Assembly (NCBI GenBank): GCA_038496445.1
Contig: JALMLS010000466.1
Span: forward strand, 124,001 to 188,000
From: Trichosphaerium sp. ATCC 40318
Taxonomy: Eukaryota; Protista; Tubulinea
Reading direction: 5' to 3'
DNA length: 64,000 nucleotides
Positions 1 through 11,876 of the stretch are shown here, piece after piece. The notes under the pieces are model-generated. The model searched no databases, was not told the DNA's origin, and saw nothing but the letters and a program-made list of their open reading frames with translations. Each line of letters starts with the position of its first letter. The stretch's first letter is position 1. A program made the translations under genes and the position numbers.

Positions 1-279
1 TTGGTTCAGCGTAGCTTAAAGCTGAAGTTGTCGATTGTCAAACCGCTCTTTAAATTCACCATGCTTTCTACTATCAACCCACCCTTGTACTGTTGTTGTC
101 CGTTTTGATACCATTGTGTACCCGCCAAATTGCACTCCATTAACATACTCTTTATGCATCTTGATTGGTCCGTTCTCATACCATTCCTTGTATTCACCAT
201 GTATCTCAGCATTAACAAAAGTAGTAAGTACTTTTAATTGCCCATTTGAAAACCACTCCTTGTGCACCCCATTTTCCAT
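1..279 (-). pseudogene. MORN-variant (YwqK-like) repeat protein, degenerate, runs off window edge
   Basis: Repeats GVHKEWFSNGQLK and GEYKEWYENGPIK in one frame; the next repeat TQWYQNGQQQYKG lies in another frame (compensating frameshifts); in-frame TAA at 16-18; no introns. Confidence 0.7.
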
Positions 280-398
280 AGCATTGCTAACCTTGGGTGG
301 ACTGTGGCTTTGACAACATTTTTTTTGTTGAAACATCTCAAGGCTCACTTATGAAATAATGACGCTTGGTTAAAAATACAGCACAACAACTGAGGCTT

Positions 399-3149
399 TT
401 ATTTATGTGTCCATGAAAAAAATATCTTTTTTTCTGATGCATCAGAAAAAGTTGGTACAAAGTTAATATCGTGGACTTCTTTAATTCCTTCAGCAAGATT
501 TGGATAAGTATATTTCTTATTAAAAACATGATAAGCAATATCAGGGATTAGTTTCCTTTGCCCTTCTAGTCAAAAGAGTTAGAAAACATTTCACAAACAG
601 CTGAGTTTGTTTTTTCCTTTTCAGAGCAACCAAAGTGGCGTACTTGTCTTAAAGGTTCTCAATTGGTTCAAATGTCTGCACAAGTCCTTAGGCGCTAAAG
701 TAACAAAGCACCTCACAGGTACACCTGTGAAGAAAATAATAAGAAACAAAAGATAATGGATTACGTCTATTTTCATACCAAAAGATTTGGCGACTTTTAT
801 GTAACGTGCACGTGCAGCTGCATCAGGGTTTGTATTATCTATCACTATACTCTTTCCACTCTAAACAATATAATTAGCGTTATAACAAACAATTAGATAC
901 CGCCATACCCTAATACACTCTTTAGTCTTCTTAACGCATTTGTCTTGTGATCCAAGCTCATCCTGAGCCAAGTTAGTTTTTGACCGAAAGAAAAAAGTGA
1001 AGAAAGTGGCAACGCTTACCCTGCTTATACGAATGTAGCCTGCTGGGATCAAGTAACGCTTTACAAACGAAGATTTTCCAGATGCCTGTATACCAACCAT
1101 AATTATCATCTCTAGTTCATCAGATGTCAAGTTAGCCATACCAGACTAAATTCAACAGAGTTATGATAAATATTAACTTAGGTTTGTGTGTACCGGAAAT
1201 ACTTGAATGTTATTGGCTTTCACTTTCTTGTAATAAGCTTTAGGATCGAAACTATTCCAGCTCCATACTGTAGGTGGAGGGTCTCCATGAAAAAACTCTT
1301 CTGGCGTTTGAAATTGAATTCCAATGTTTGCAGCAAACTTTCTATTCAAAAAGTCAGTTAAGCGACAAAAAAAACAACAAGGTATACCTGTCACTACAAG
1401 AAAAATCTCCTGGCTTTAAAAAAAGATTAGTGAGGCGATTTACTACAATGTGAACGTACTCTACCAGCTGCATCGCCTACATACCTTTGAAAACAAGTGA
1501 GAAAAAAAACGTTTTGTACGGCAAATAAACTGTAAAAAAATGAACTAAAAAAAAATAGACGTACAAGCAGTTTGCCATATCTGGAGCTATTTTGTTGTTT
1601 GAGTAGTTAATCATATTATCCCACATTGTAGTATTTGGCTTTCTAAAATGATCTTTCTTTGATGAAATGAAAGCTTGCATTGGTACTCCAAGCTGTAGAC
1701 AAAACGGTAAACACCTTCAAAAAAAAAAAGAAAAAAAAAGATCAAGTACCCTTTGTATCATATCATCGATCTTTCCTGTTAAACTTTCTGGCGATTGTTT
1801 CTTTGAAGCAATACCAGCTTGATTTGTAAATATAACAATCTTGTATCCTTTATCATAAAAAAACTTAAGTCTAGTAACAACCTTGTCCGACCACCACTGC
1901 CAATCCTGCCAAACAAATTAAAAAAAAACACTACAGAAAAAAAACCCAAACAATGCCTGACAGCCCAGCAACGCCATCAAACACCAACAAGGCTTTTTTG
2001 GGACCAGTTGTAAAAACGTACTTTTCTGTTTTTTGGGAATTTATTTCCAGACTGTGTCTTGATCATCGTAGAGTCCTGTAGTCAGAGGTATCAGATAAAA
2101 CCATGGATTAATCATTTAGGATATCGCTTACCATATCCAATGATAGGATTTTGGCTGAACCATAGTCTGGGCCTGTCAATGCGTACAATGTATCGTATTG
2201 GTTCCATTTCAAAGCTTGAAGTCAAATTAGAGCGAAAAAAAACTACAAACTTGTTGGTACTCTGTATCCGTTGATAAGGGTTCATATGCTTCTGAGGACT
2301 ATTCTTTGGACTTCCACCTTTATATGCCTTATAAGGAGACGTTGCTGGGCTTTTTGTAGGGCTCTTAGCAGGACTCGATTGAGGGCTTGGATTAGGCCCA
2401 TCCTACACCAAACCAATAAGCACAAACAAGAAGAAAACAAGATACAGACAAATTAAAAAAAGTTCGTACAAGGTGAGTATGCCAAAACATCTCAAAATGC
2501 TCTGGGTTCTTTCTGTAGCAATTACGACCATACTGACACTCCCTTTTGGGTGTTGCAGGGAATTTATATGTCTTTGGTTTTTTACTTGGAGTGAAAGTAT
2601 CTTGATCTGGCAATTTTCTTTTTTTTGTTTCCGAGAACTGCAGAAAAAAAAGTCTGTTGTCAGATTAATTTTATTTTTGTTTAACACGCACGTTTGAAGG
2701 ATTACTATGGTTTTTATCAGGTGAAGCGCTCGGTTGGAAGCTTTTCTTTACTATAAAGGCGTCAGATGCTTTACTGACGACTATAAGACTAATTTTATCA
2801 CCTACAAATAGGATTAGCTGGTTTTATGCAGTTTTATCGCGTGTTACCGAGGAAAAGTTGATAATCTTTATTTCGTTCACAAATGATATTGTCGCCATCG
2901 TTTCTCATTATTCGTGCGCTATTTACACCCAACTGACAATTTTAATCAAAAAATGTAACTGCATTTACATACCGATTTAAGAAACAGCAAATTATCATCT
3001 CCAATACGTAACTGTATTTGTCTACGACTTATTTGCTTGTTTGGACTACCTATGTCTTTACGACCAATCTCTTTACTGTCACCAACTGTCTGTAGAAGAA
3101 CCCTACACATAGGGGATTCTACGACAAACGCTTCTGGTACCGTTTGCAT
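399..3149 (-). CDS. PNKP: Bifunctional polynucleotide 3'-phosphatase/5'-kinase with N-terminal FHA and a PBZ zinc finger (multi-exon)
   Basis: FHA (EIGRKD..QISRRQ); PBZ (CQYGRNCYRKNPEHFEMFWH); HAD motif DMDST; FRKPNTTMW; YVGDAAGR/PGDFSCSDRKFAANIG; P-loop GIQASGKS; IDNTNPD; ends FSWTHK*. Confidence 0.93.
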
Positions 3150-3379
3150 TGTGACAAGTCCAAAATCAGACGCTTAAGATTTTGTTAAGCTAGTCCAAAT
3201 AAAAACGGCACGTGGATATAAAAAAATCTGTTTATTCCTCATGTGGGTTATTGGTTGATGTTTAAACCTCTTATTTTGTCGCCATTACTTGTTATTCATT
3301 TTGTACTAATGATTTTAGGCTTTTCTTTCAGAAACAAAGGTACAATTAAGTTAGCTTGAAAAAAAGTTAACAACTCATC

Positions 3380-4994
3380 ATGACATCTATTCCTGTCATT
3401 GATTTTACTCCATTTCATTCCAATACAGCATCAGAGTCGCAACGAAAGCAAACTGCGGCTCAAGTACGCATTCCGTTGAATTAAATGTTAGCCAAACAGC
3501 TAAATGTACCGTAGATTCATGAAGCGTGTAGTTCTATCGGGTATTACGCACAAATAACGCCACAGCTTACGTTTGTAGATTTCTGATAGCTAAAAACGTT
3601 GGCATTTCAGACAAAGAGGTCAAGGATCTCATAAACGTACTTCGCAAACGCTGTTTATAATGAAAATAGTTTAATAAAAATAATAGGTCTCATCTGACTT
3701 TTTTTCGCTGCCATTAGATGTTAAGGAGCAAGCTAAACGAGGCAGTGATAACAGAGGTACAAACAAGTCTTTCAGAGCCGTGAACTTCGTGGCCGGCGAC
3801 CAGGTCCCATGGGATTTAGCTGGGATGGTAGGCATCGGCCACGACATTCAGCGTAGTAGATAATCGTTGAATTGTTGTTGACCCTACACTGTTGTGAGTT
3901 AAGGAAATGTTTAGGCTATGTTGGAGTCCGTGTTGAACAACTTAATCCAAAAGACGAACAAGCAGACTACAAAGAGGCATTTAACATGATGCCTGATAAG
4001 AATAAATGGGTAGAAAGCTGTAAAGAAGGCACAATATTTAAGGACTCTTGTACATCATTTTACAAGACAGCTACAAAAGCAGCATCGGTACTTAAGACAC
4101 TTTGATTACAAATTGACGTTTGTCTCAAACAATAGGTTGTCCTTCGTGGTTACGAAGCTGCACTTGGATTAGAGAAAGATTTCTTTATTAACAACCATTT
4201 TAATGGTGGATCACATGCCAGTACACTTAGGATATTACATTATCCTGAATTCAAAAGGGTACCTTTTGTGTTTCCTATTTTTTTCTTCAAAAACAAACGA
4301 AAGAGAACTCTAACTTTTGAGTAGTCCGATATTCCTGATAAAGTACGAGCAGGTAAGGGATGATATCAAACAGTTAAATGTAGTATGTTTTTCTGAGAGT
4401 TTACAAAGGAGCACACTCGGACTATGGAAGTATAACATTACTTTGGCAAAATAACGTTGGTGGATTGCAGGTAGATTTCGCTTTGTTTTTGTTTCTTCCT
4501 CTACAACTTTTATGAATAGGTGCAAGATGCTCAAGGGAAATGGCATTTTGTTCCACCTGTATCTGGTGGACAATGTATAGTTAATACTGCTGACTTGCTA
4601 ATGCAATGGACAAATGATCACTACATTTCGTAAGTGAATATTTAAACTTCACTATTAAAAACTTTTGATTGACAATGTTATTGTAGTACTAGACATCGTG
4701 TTATAGATCCTCCTGGAGTTAATGATTCTAGTACAGTTCCTCAACGTTTTAGGTACAGTTTTTTTGTTGTGTTAACTGAGCTGACGTGCTGTTTAGTGTT
4801 GCTTTTTTTGTACACCCAGGTACTAAATATTTCTTGTTAACAAACAAAACAGTACTTATTGATACCCAGCTGACGCCACATTAATACAACCACTGGAAAG
4901 TTCATCTCTACCTAAAGAATCTAAAAGTAAATACGAGCCTGTAACAGCTGGTAAATACCTTCAACAACGCTTGGAAGCTACATACATAAAATGA
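3380..4994 (+). CDS. 2-oxoglutarate/Fe(II)-dependent dioxygenase (IPNS/DIOX family, multi-exon)
   Basis: MTSIPVIDF; NRGYVG..EQL..ADYKEAF; LRILHYP; HSDYGSITL; VNTADLLMQWTND..STRHRV; RFSVAFFVHP. Confidence 0.9.
3781..3850 (+). ncRNA. GC-rich intronic hairpin; candidate small RNA (H/ACA-like or pre-miRNA-like)
   Basis: Lies in intron 3757-3914; TCGTGGCCG (3787-3795) pairs perfectly with CGGCCACGA (3836-3844); inner ACCA/TGGT and TCCCA/TGGGA stems; ACA at 3844-3846. Confidence 0.45.
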
Positions 4995-5091
4995 AAATAA
5001 AATGAAAAGAGCTACAGGCTCATTGCCCGGAAGAATCAGTGATACTAATATTGTTTACTAATACAAAGATACCCTGAAAGCATTTTATATT

Positions 5092-7050
5092 TTACATACA
5101 CTCTTGGACATCTAAAAGAATGAAAAAGAGACCGAGGTTGATAACCAGGTCAAGAGAAGGTCAATTTTGGTTTTTTTTTTTTTGGAATAAATTACACTTT
5201 TTTGGAGAGAGCCAAAGAAGAATCCAATGTATAAGAAAGTCAAGCATTATGAGTTTGTTTTGATCAAAGCAGGTGTGACCTTGATATTACTAACAAGTTT
5301 TTTTGCTAAAAGGCACGTGTTAGTGTTCAAAAATACTCCAAAAAGAAAGAGGTCTTGTTTTTTTTTTTTGGTTTCCAAAAGTTTTAACAGTAAAAAAATT
5401 GCGTGTACCTTTTGTCATTTTAACTTTGCTGGCTAGTTCATTAATATCATGACTCCACTTTTTAACAAGTTCCTTATCTTTTGAAAAAATTTGAAATTCT
5501 CGACTTCCAATGACGTTGACGTATTCCTGAAGAAAAAGTTAGTTCATTTTCAAGGCATATAAAAATAATTAAAAAAAGCAGCCCTCAGTGAGATTAACAC
5601 TATCAGTCAAATATTGCTACAATAGTAATAAAAAGATTGTTTTGCCTTTCGTCATAAAATAAGGCAAATGCAGCGAGTTCTTGTGTCACAAAGGGTATTT
5701 CTTGTCACATGTTTTTTGTTCAAAAAAAAAAAAACGTTTCAACAACTTGTTGTGGAAACAGGTCATTACTTAAAACGTACCATAAAGTGTAATTTGTTTC
5801 CTTCAGCTACTGTCGTTGTATTCTCCAAATAACATACTTGTATCTGATCATAATAATGACATTTTCTCCAATCTTCCATTTCTTTAAAAACCATCAAAAT
5901 ATCAGAACATAAAAGAACATGAACAGGTTGATCTTCGCCAATATAAAAGTCATTGTTCCTGTTAACCAAAACGCGATGTGGAGCTATAATAGGAACTGTG
6001 TTTTTCCTCATTTTAAGCTTATCTTGAATATTCATCAATACCATACGATCTTGAGCAAGTTTCCCTGTTTCATTCATTTCAGAGCAAATATCTTGTAAAA
6101 TTTTTATAGCTTCTTCAAGTAAAGGAAAGTCCAAGTGCTCTGGTGGTGTATACTTTTGTACTGCTTTAAGTAACAGAACATAACGTGGTACACCTTATCA
6201 ATGTAAGTATAAGAAATTCGAGGTTTTTGCATGTACGTTGAACAGGCATGATTAAAAGAGATTCTAAGTTACTATCTTTTAACAATTTTTGTTTTTCAAT
6301 TTGTTCGATTTGTGCTCTGAATTTCTTATCCTGTTTTAGCTTATCTAGCGTTTCTATGATACAAACAATAAGTTAATACAACATTAAACGTGTGCTTACT
6401 TATTGCTTCAGCATAGGTTTCGATATAGACCTTGTAGGCTTTAAAGAATCCGGCCTAATGGATTTTTTTAACAAATAAAAAAAATCACTTGCAACAACAT
6501 ACCATCCGCACAAATAGCTCCCCTACTTATGTGTTAGTACATGTTCATAAAAGATTTTCTCTCATACCTATTTGATCCTTTCTAGGGTCAAATCCTGACA
6601 CTTTTTCTGTCAAAGCTACAGAAAGACGTTTATTCAATTCCAAGATAACATCAAGACCCTAAATCAAAAAGGTCACTACTGAACCACTCACTCTACAAAT
6701 AACACTTACCTCAAAAATTAAGTCACAATCCTTTCTAGGTAATGACTTTGGGTATTTAGTTGAGAACTCTTCAAGTGGAGCACGATATTTATACGTAATC
6801 TTCTCCAAAGACTCAACGTATCTAATTTCGGAATCTCTACAAAAAAAGAAAAAAATATTAGCTTCATGCGCGTATCTGGCTTGTACTTACCTTATCTCCT
6901 GCACTGCGTATACACGCTTGTTCCATTTTACAGGGAGTGATTTCATACCAAGTGGGTTACTAGATACGAGCGTGACAAGACGAATAGGCCTGGATTGGTT
7001 CCATCTGTCATCTATCGTAAAATATACAGCATGCGGAATTACTACAACAA
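5092..7050 (-). CDS. Dbl-family RhoGEF (DH-PH); both ends approximate
   Basis: VQEIRDSEIRYVESL; LESFLIMPVQRVPRYVLLLKAVQKYTPPEHLDFPLLEEA; PH-like HVLLCSDILMV. Confidence 0.85.
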
Positions 7051-7299
7051 AGATTTAGATCCTTCAAACGAAACCACGTGGCAAAAACAGTGAGCTTTTT
7101 ACTCACTAAAAATATAAGCGCTTTAATTTGATGCAGCAAGTAATACCATTTAGCGTTAGAATACAAGAGGCCACGATCAATTTTTTATGAAATTTTCGTC
7201 ATCCAAAAAACGAAAAAAAAAAAAAAGAAAAGGAAAGTAAGCGCTTCGTATCCACGTGCGTTAAAACGGTTTGTTTTAAAAGCACGAAAGGAGTATGTG

Positions 7300-7402
7300 A
7301 ACTTTAGTATTATGTATTGCAGGCTTTGTAGTAATTTCGTTTCAAGAAGGAATAGAGGATGAATCAACAAAGACAACGTACCAATGGCCAACCATGCAAA
7401 TA
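7300..7402 (+). mobile_element. Putative relic of a piggyBac-like Cys-rich C-terminal domain
   Basis: YCRLC then, after a frameshift, TKTTYQWQPCK, resembling CxxC...KTxYxCxxC. Confidence 0.35.
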
Positions 7403-7769
7403 AAGTTAAAGAAATAAGTAGAACTAAGTGACTTGCTAGTAATACGCTAATAATGCTTTAAAACAATAGAAAACGCGTGTGATACGCTGTTTATAAGCTA
7501 TTTATGAGTATGTACCTTAATGAAAAAAAAAGCGCCACAAAAATAACTACATAGTTGCCCAATAGGTCATGTATGTTACCCAGAGTACGTTTTACGCTTA
7601 ATTCAGTTGTATTAATATTCTTGGCGGTCAAAAAACTCTGCCAGTCGCAAAACCACAATTGAGACATTTCATGCTATGGTGGGGAGATTTTGTGCTAGAA
7701 AGAGCAAAAAAGAAGCGCCGTTGAACCAAGTACGACCTTTAAAATCTTACTTGACCTGGAAACGAGGCT

Positions 7770-9125
7770 ATGAAGATTGTGCTACTATTTGCTACCCTAT
7801 TGGTGGCGTTTACTGTTGCTAATGGCTCAGCTGATGGTGCAGGTAGCCAGAATCGGACTATTTAAAATGACATTTTAACGAGTTTACGTTATAAAGGTCT
7901 AGATACGATGAAAAAGTACCTGAAACACTCATACAGTACATATTGTAGTCCTGCATTAGTAGCAAACAGAACTTGTTATTGGTACGCTCTAATTAATGAT
8001 ATAAGCGCTGATACTGATAGGTGCGACAGATTACCTCCTGTACAAATGATTGGAGGTTTTTATGACAAAAAAACAGATACATACGGCTACGTCGGCGTAG
8101 AAAGCAATGAAAGTACGCGTTATTTCGAAAATAGAAGGTGCTCATCCTTTTTTAAGTAATCATCGCTTTCCGTGGTACCTTCTTGTCTAGTATACCAAAT
8201 ATCGTAACAGATTTAAAGTCTGTCAAACCAGTGCGTATGTACAAGAAACAATTTACAAACGAAATGTCAAGATATAGACATGTCGCTCACTTTGAGCTTT
8301 AGCTTATGGTAATAGTTCAACAATTAAAGTAGCTGAAGGCTTCTATGAAGCCTGGTTAAGCGTTGAACAAAAGGTATTAAGACTAGCCAGTATTGCACGC
8401 GCAAAGCACCCTCAGTCACCAGTACGAAGAAGAAGTTTTGATAAAATAAATCTAAACTGCTTTTAGATTATTGTGACTGGTCACTCTCTTGGTGCTTCAT
8501 TGGCGTCATTGTGCGCCGCTAGTCTATTTAATAATGGATATACTAATATTCAAGTGTGGACGTATGGTTCACCAAGGACAGGAAATGAAGCTTTTAAAGA
8601 CATGTTAAGCAAAGCACGTGAAACCTTTTTTTTTTTGTTTGTTTACTCAAAAAGCTAAACTTCTTACATTTTGTTGTTTAGGAATTGACTATGAGCGTTA
8701 GAGTTGTAAACCAACGCGATATAGTGCCAAGAGTACCTTTGAAAATAATGGGATTTTGGCATATGCCAACAGAGCATTGGTTCCCAAAAAACACTACAAC
8801 ATGGCGTGTTTGTGATGGGTCAGGTGAAGATGAACATTGTCAAGATTCTCTCATTATTGCAAGTAGCATTTACAATCACTTGAGTTACCTTGGTGTATCA
8901 TGGTTTTCAGGTGCCATAAAAGGTAAGGACACAAGCAAACTTGTTTTCGAACTAAGATCAGTTGTCACAATTTTTTTGCCTTACTATGTATTCCACCTCA
9001 TCTCATTGCATGAACTAACGATATAAATTATCATAAAACTAACCCTATTATATTAAGGTTGTGGATTTGGTATAATCATTGATGAAGCGACATTGCGAAG
9101 TGCACAACAGCAAAAAAATGAATAA
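7770..9125 (+). CDS. Secreted class 3 lipase (multi-exon)
   Basis: Signal peptide MKIVLLFATLLVAF; IAFRGT; VTGHSLGASLA (GxSxG); TYGSPRTGN; RVVNQRDIVPRVP; HLSYLG. Confidence 0.93.
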
Positions 9126-9353
9126 AATAAAGATTATATTGACAAAAATTTTTATATTCTATTACACGTGACTTTGACTTTTCAACACGTTTTTACATAT
9201 CCCATAAATAGTGTACTGCAGAAAACCAAAAATAATCATACTAGTTTTAACAACTACATTGTTTATTTAACAAGAAAAAAAGAGGACGATAACAACAAGT
9301 TACCGAAGACCTTTCTTTCTTTTTTTTTCCTTCTTTCCATAAGAATTATTTGC

Positions 9354-10224
9354 TTACTTTTTTAGCAACTTGACCATCTCTTCACCTACACTAGTAGCAG
9401 ATGCAGGGTTTTGTCCAGTTACAAGACGCTCATCAACAACAACATGGTTCTGCCAATCTGGTTTACCAACGAATTTAGCGCCACGTTCTCCCAATTTTGT
9501 TTCAAGAAGGAAAGGCATTGTTGAAGTCAATTTCATAACTTCTTCTTCACTGTTGGTGAATGATGTTACTTTCTTTCCATCAACAAGGTATTTTCCGTTG
9601 GATAGCTTGATAGGAACAAGGCCAACTAGAAGAACACGGTAAGAGATAGAACAGAAGACGAAAAACAGAAAAAAAACGCTAGAAATCCAAATTCGTTTGA
9701 AAGGTACCTGGTCCATGGCATACAGCGGCTACTACGCCACCATTCTCGTATACCTTTGCTGCAACTGCACCTACAGCTTCATCCTCAGGAAGATCCCACA
9801 TTGGTCCGTGACCACCTGGGTAGAAAACAGCGACGTAATCGGCAGGGTTCACTTTCGAGGTGACAAGTGTATTTTGCATGCGCTTTTGAATATCAGCGTC
9901 ATTGTAAAAGCTATACTAGCGTCAGGAGGTGTAGTTTTGACTTGTTTTGCGTACAATTTTGATGCCTCATCTTTGTCTTTGTATTGCTCAGCGCTACCGA
10001 CATCACAAGGTGTTGGTCCTCCCTTTGGGCTATATGGCAGCCGTTAGCATTTAGATTGAAAAAAAAACGTATTCTTACGAAGAGAAGTCAATTGCGAAAC
10101 CAGCTTTAGTGAGAACAGCGTATGGGTGAGCGATTTCAGGCAAGTAATAACCAGTTGGTTTGTGTTCGGTATTGTTACCCATCTTGGAGTTATTTGTGAT
10201 GATAAAGAGGATCTTTGAAGACAT
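9354..10224 (-). CDS. DJ-1/PfpI family, Hsp31-like glyoxalase III
   Basis: [12 protein letters not shown]; SPKGG; [12 protein letters not shown]; AVCHGP; VTGQNPASA. Confidence 0.93.
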
Positions 10225-10559
10225 GATGTGTTGTTCTATGTGTTTGAATTGTTTAGTACTGATATTAATAAGTTTGACAAGAGTACAAAATGAATTCGTT
10301 TCCGGTTCCTCGGCGTTTTTTTTTAGACGAATTCTGTACATTTCTCCGCCGAAAACGACATCCCTGTAAACACTACTATTTGGCTCTATGCCGTTGAAGT
10401 GTCTGACACTTAGAGAGAAATGCGAATTCTGTTTATCGTCAACACCATCAAAGTCAAAATATCCGATACGGTAACTGGTGGATAATCTTTGATTAACTAC
10501 GACTGCCGCTTAGTGGTTGGCGAATTCTACTTTGAAAGTAACCGTCGTTGAGTACGTTA

Positions 10560-10692
10560 TCTTTGTAACAACTTTCATGATTTGCGCCTGCTACCACAAG
10601 TGTCAGTACATTTCAGCCTCGTTTTTACTCGAAACTGCTGGGCATTTCAGACTACAAAGGTTTCAGATCGCTGACACTTTGAACATTTACCA
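10560..10692 (-). mobile_element. Putative relic of a piggyBac-like Cys-rich C-terminal domain
   Basis: Single frame reads GKCSKCQRSETFVV*NAQQFRVKTRLKCTDTCG. Confidence 0.4.
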
Positions 10693-10742
10693 AGTCGGAT
10701 TTTTTCTTCAATTTTGTTTAAAGTTACTTCACCGCACTCCCT

Positions 10743-11522
10743 ATGGCGAATATACTCGTTTGTGGTACTCCTGGAACAGGTAGTGCTGTTTTTATTGGAT
10801 TAGTCGTTTATTTTTCTCAATTCCATAGGCAAATCTACGCTTGGTAAAGCTATTGCAGACCGCTTAGGGTTGGTTTCTATTGGTAAAAACGCTATTTATT
10901 ATTTAAAATTAACAAACTGAAGAACTAAGCAAGCTGGTCGCTGAAAAGGAGTTGCATGATGGATATGATAAAGAACACGGCTCATATTTGTACAATGAAG
11001 ATAAGGTAGGTCATTTCAAACTAAATCAGCGTAACAATAAGATATGTGACCACTTGGAAGATATAATGGCGAAAAAGAACGTTGTTCTCGATTTTCACGA
11101 TTGCCATTTTTTTCCTGAACGTTGGTTTGGCCTTGTCATTGTACTACGAACGTCAAACGATGTTCTATATCCTAGACTTGCAGCAAGAGGTACTAATACA
11201 AACTATAACAAGTATTTCATGCTCATTTATGAGCGTAGGATACAGTAAAGAGAAGATACAAGAGAATGTCGAAGCAGAAATTATGAGAGTCATATTGGAC
11301 GAGGCAGTGGATAGCTACAGGTACATAAACATTCTTGATATAGTCTCTAATGATCGAGTATAGACCTGAAGTACTGGTAGAACTAAACAGTAACACAATA
11401 GGTAAGCTGGAGAAGCATTAAAAAATAAATAGAAAAAAAACTTACTTTTATTAGATGACATGGAACAAAATGTAGAACGCGTTTATAATTGGTGGCAACA
11501 GCAGCTAAACAACCAATCTTGA
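10743..11522 (+). CDS. AK6: Adenylate kinase 6 / Fap7 / CINAP
   Basis: NILVCGTPGTGKST; DFHDCHFFPERWF; LYPRLAARGYSKEKIQENVEAEIM. Confidence 0.93.
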
Positions 11523-11558
11523 TTTATGTACAACACAATACGCCAACTCCCACCACAC

Positions 11559-11619
11559 GCACGTGGCTACGCGTAGCAGTTCATTATTTAGAAATTTTGC
11601 AATTGCTACGCGCACGTGC
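11559..11619 (+). repeat. Inverted repeat / stem-loop just downstream of AK6
   Basis: CGCGTAGCAGTT pairs with AATTGCTACGCG (one G-U); both arms flanked by CACGTG. Confidence 0.6.
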
Positions 11620-11876
11620 TTCGTTTTTGAAAAAAATACTTGTAAACGTGCTTGGTAGTAGAATAAAATTCTGCTTGTACAAGATAAGTAAATGAAAACT
11701 TCGCAAAAATTTTGGATTTTCCCTGAACCGATTTTGGCAGTCAAAAGTACTGAACCGGCAAATAATAATACCTACTAACTCTACGGACGCACGTAGCTGG
11801 GTTTGGGTGGTGTATTGTAGTTGTGACTCTGCTGTGATTCCAAAAGCACATAGGTGAGTTTTATAGACGTTGTAGG

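Noticed and set aside
3790-3830. HDV-like ribozyme or SRP RNA (GGCCGGC start; CAGGTCC)
   Set aside because: The nested pseudoknot pairings and the GNRA/AGCAG helix-8 signature are absent
10225-10510. Open frame extending upstream of the DJ-1 start
   Set aside because: No start codon or consistent splice path found; the DJ-1 domain begins normally at MSSKILFI
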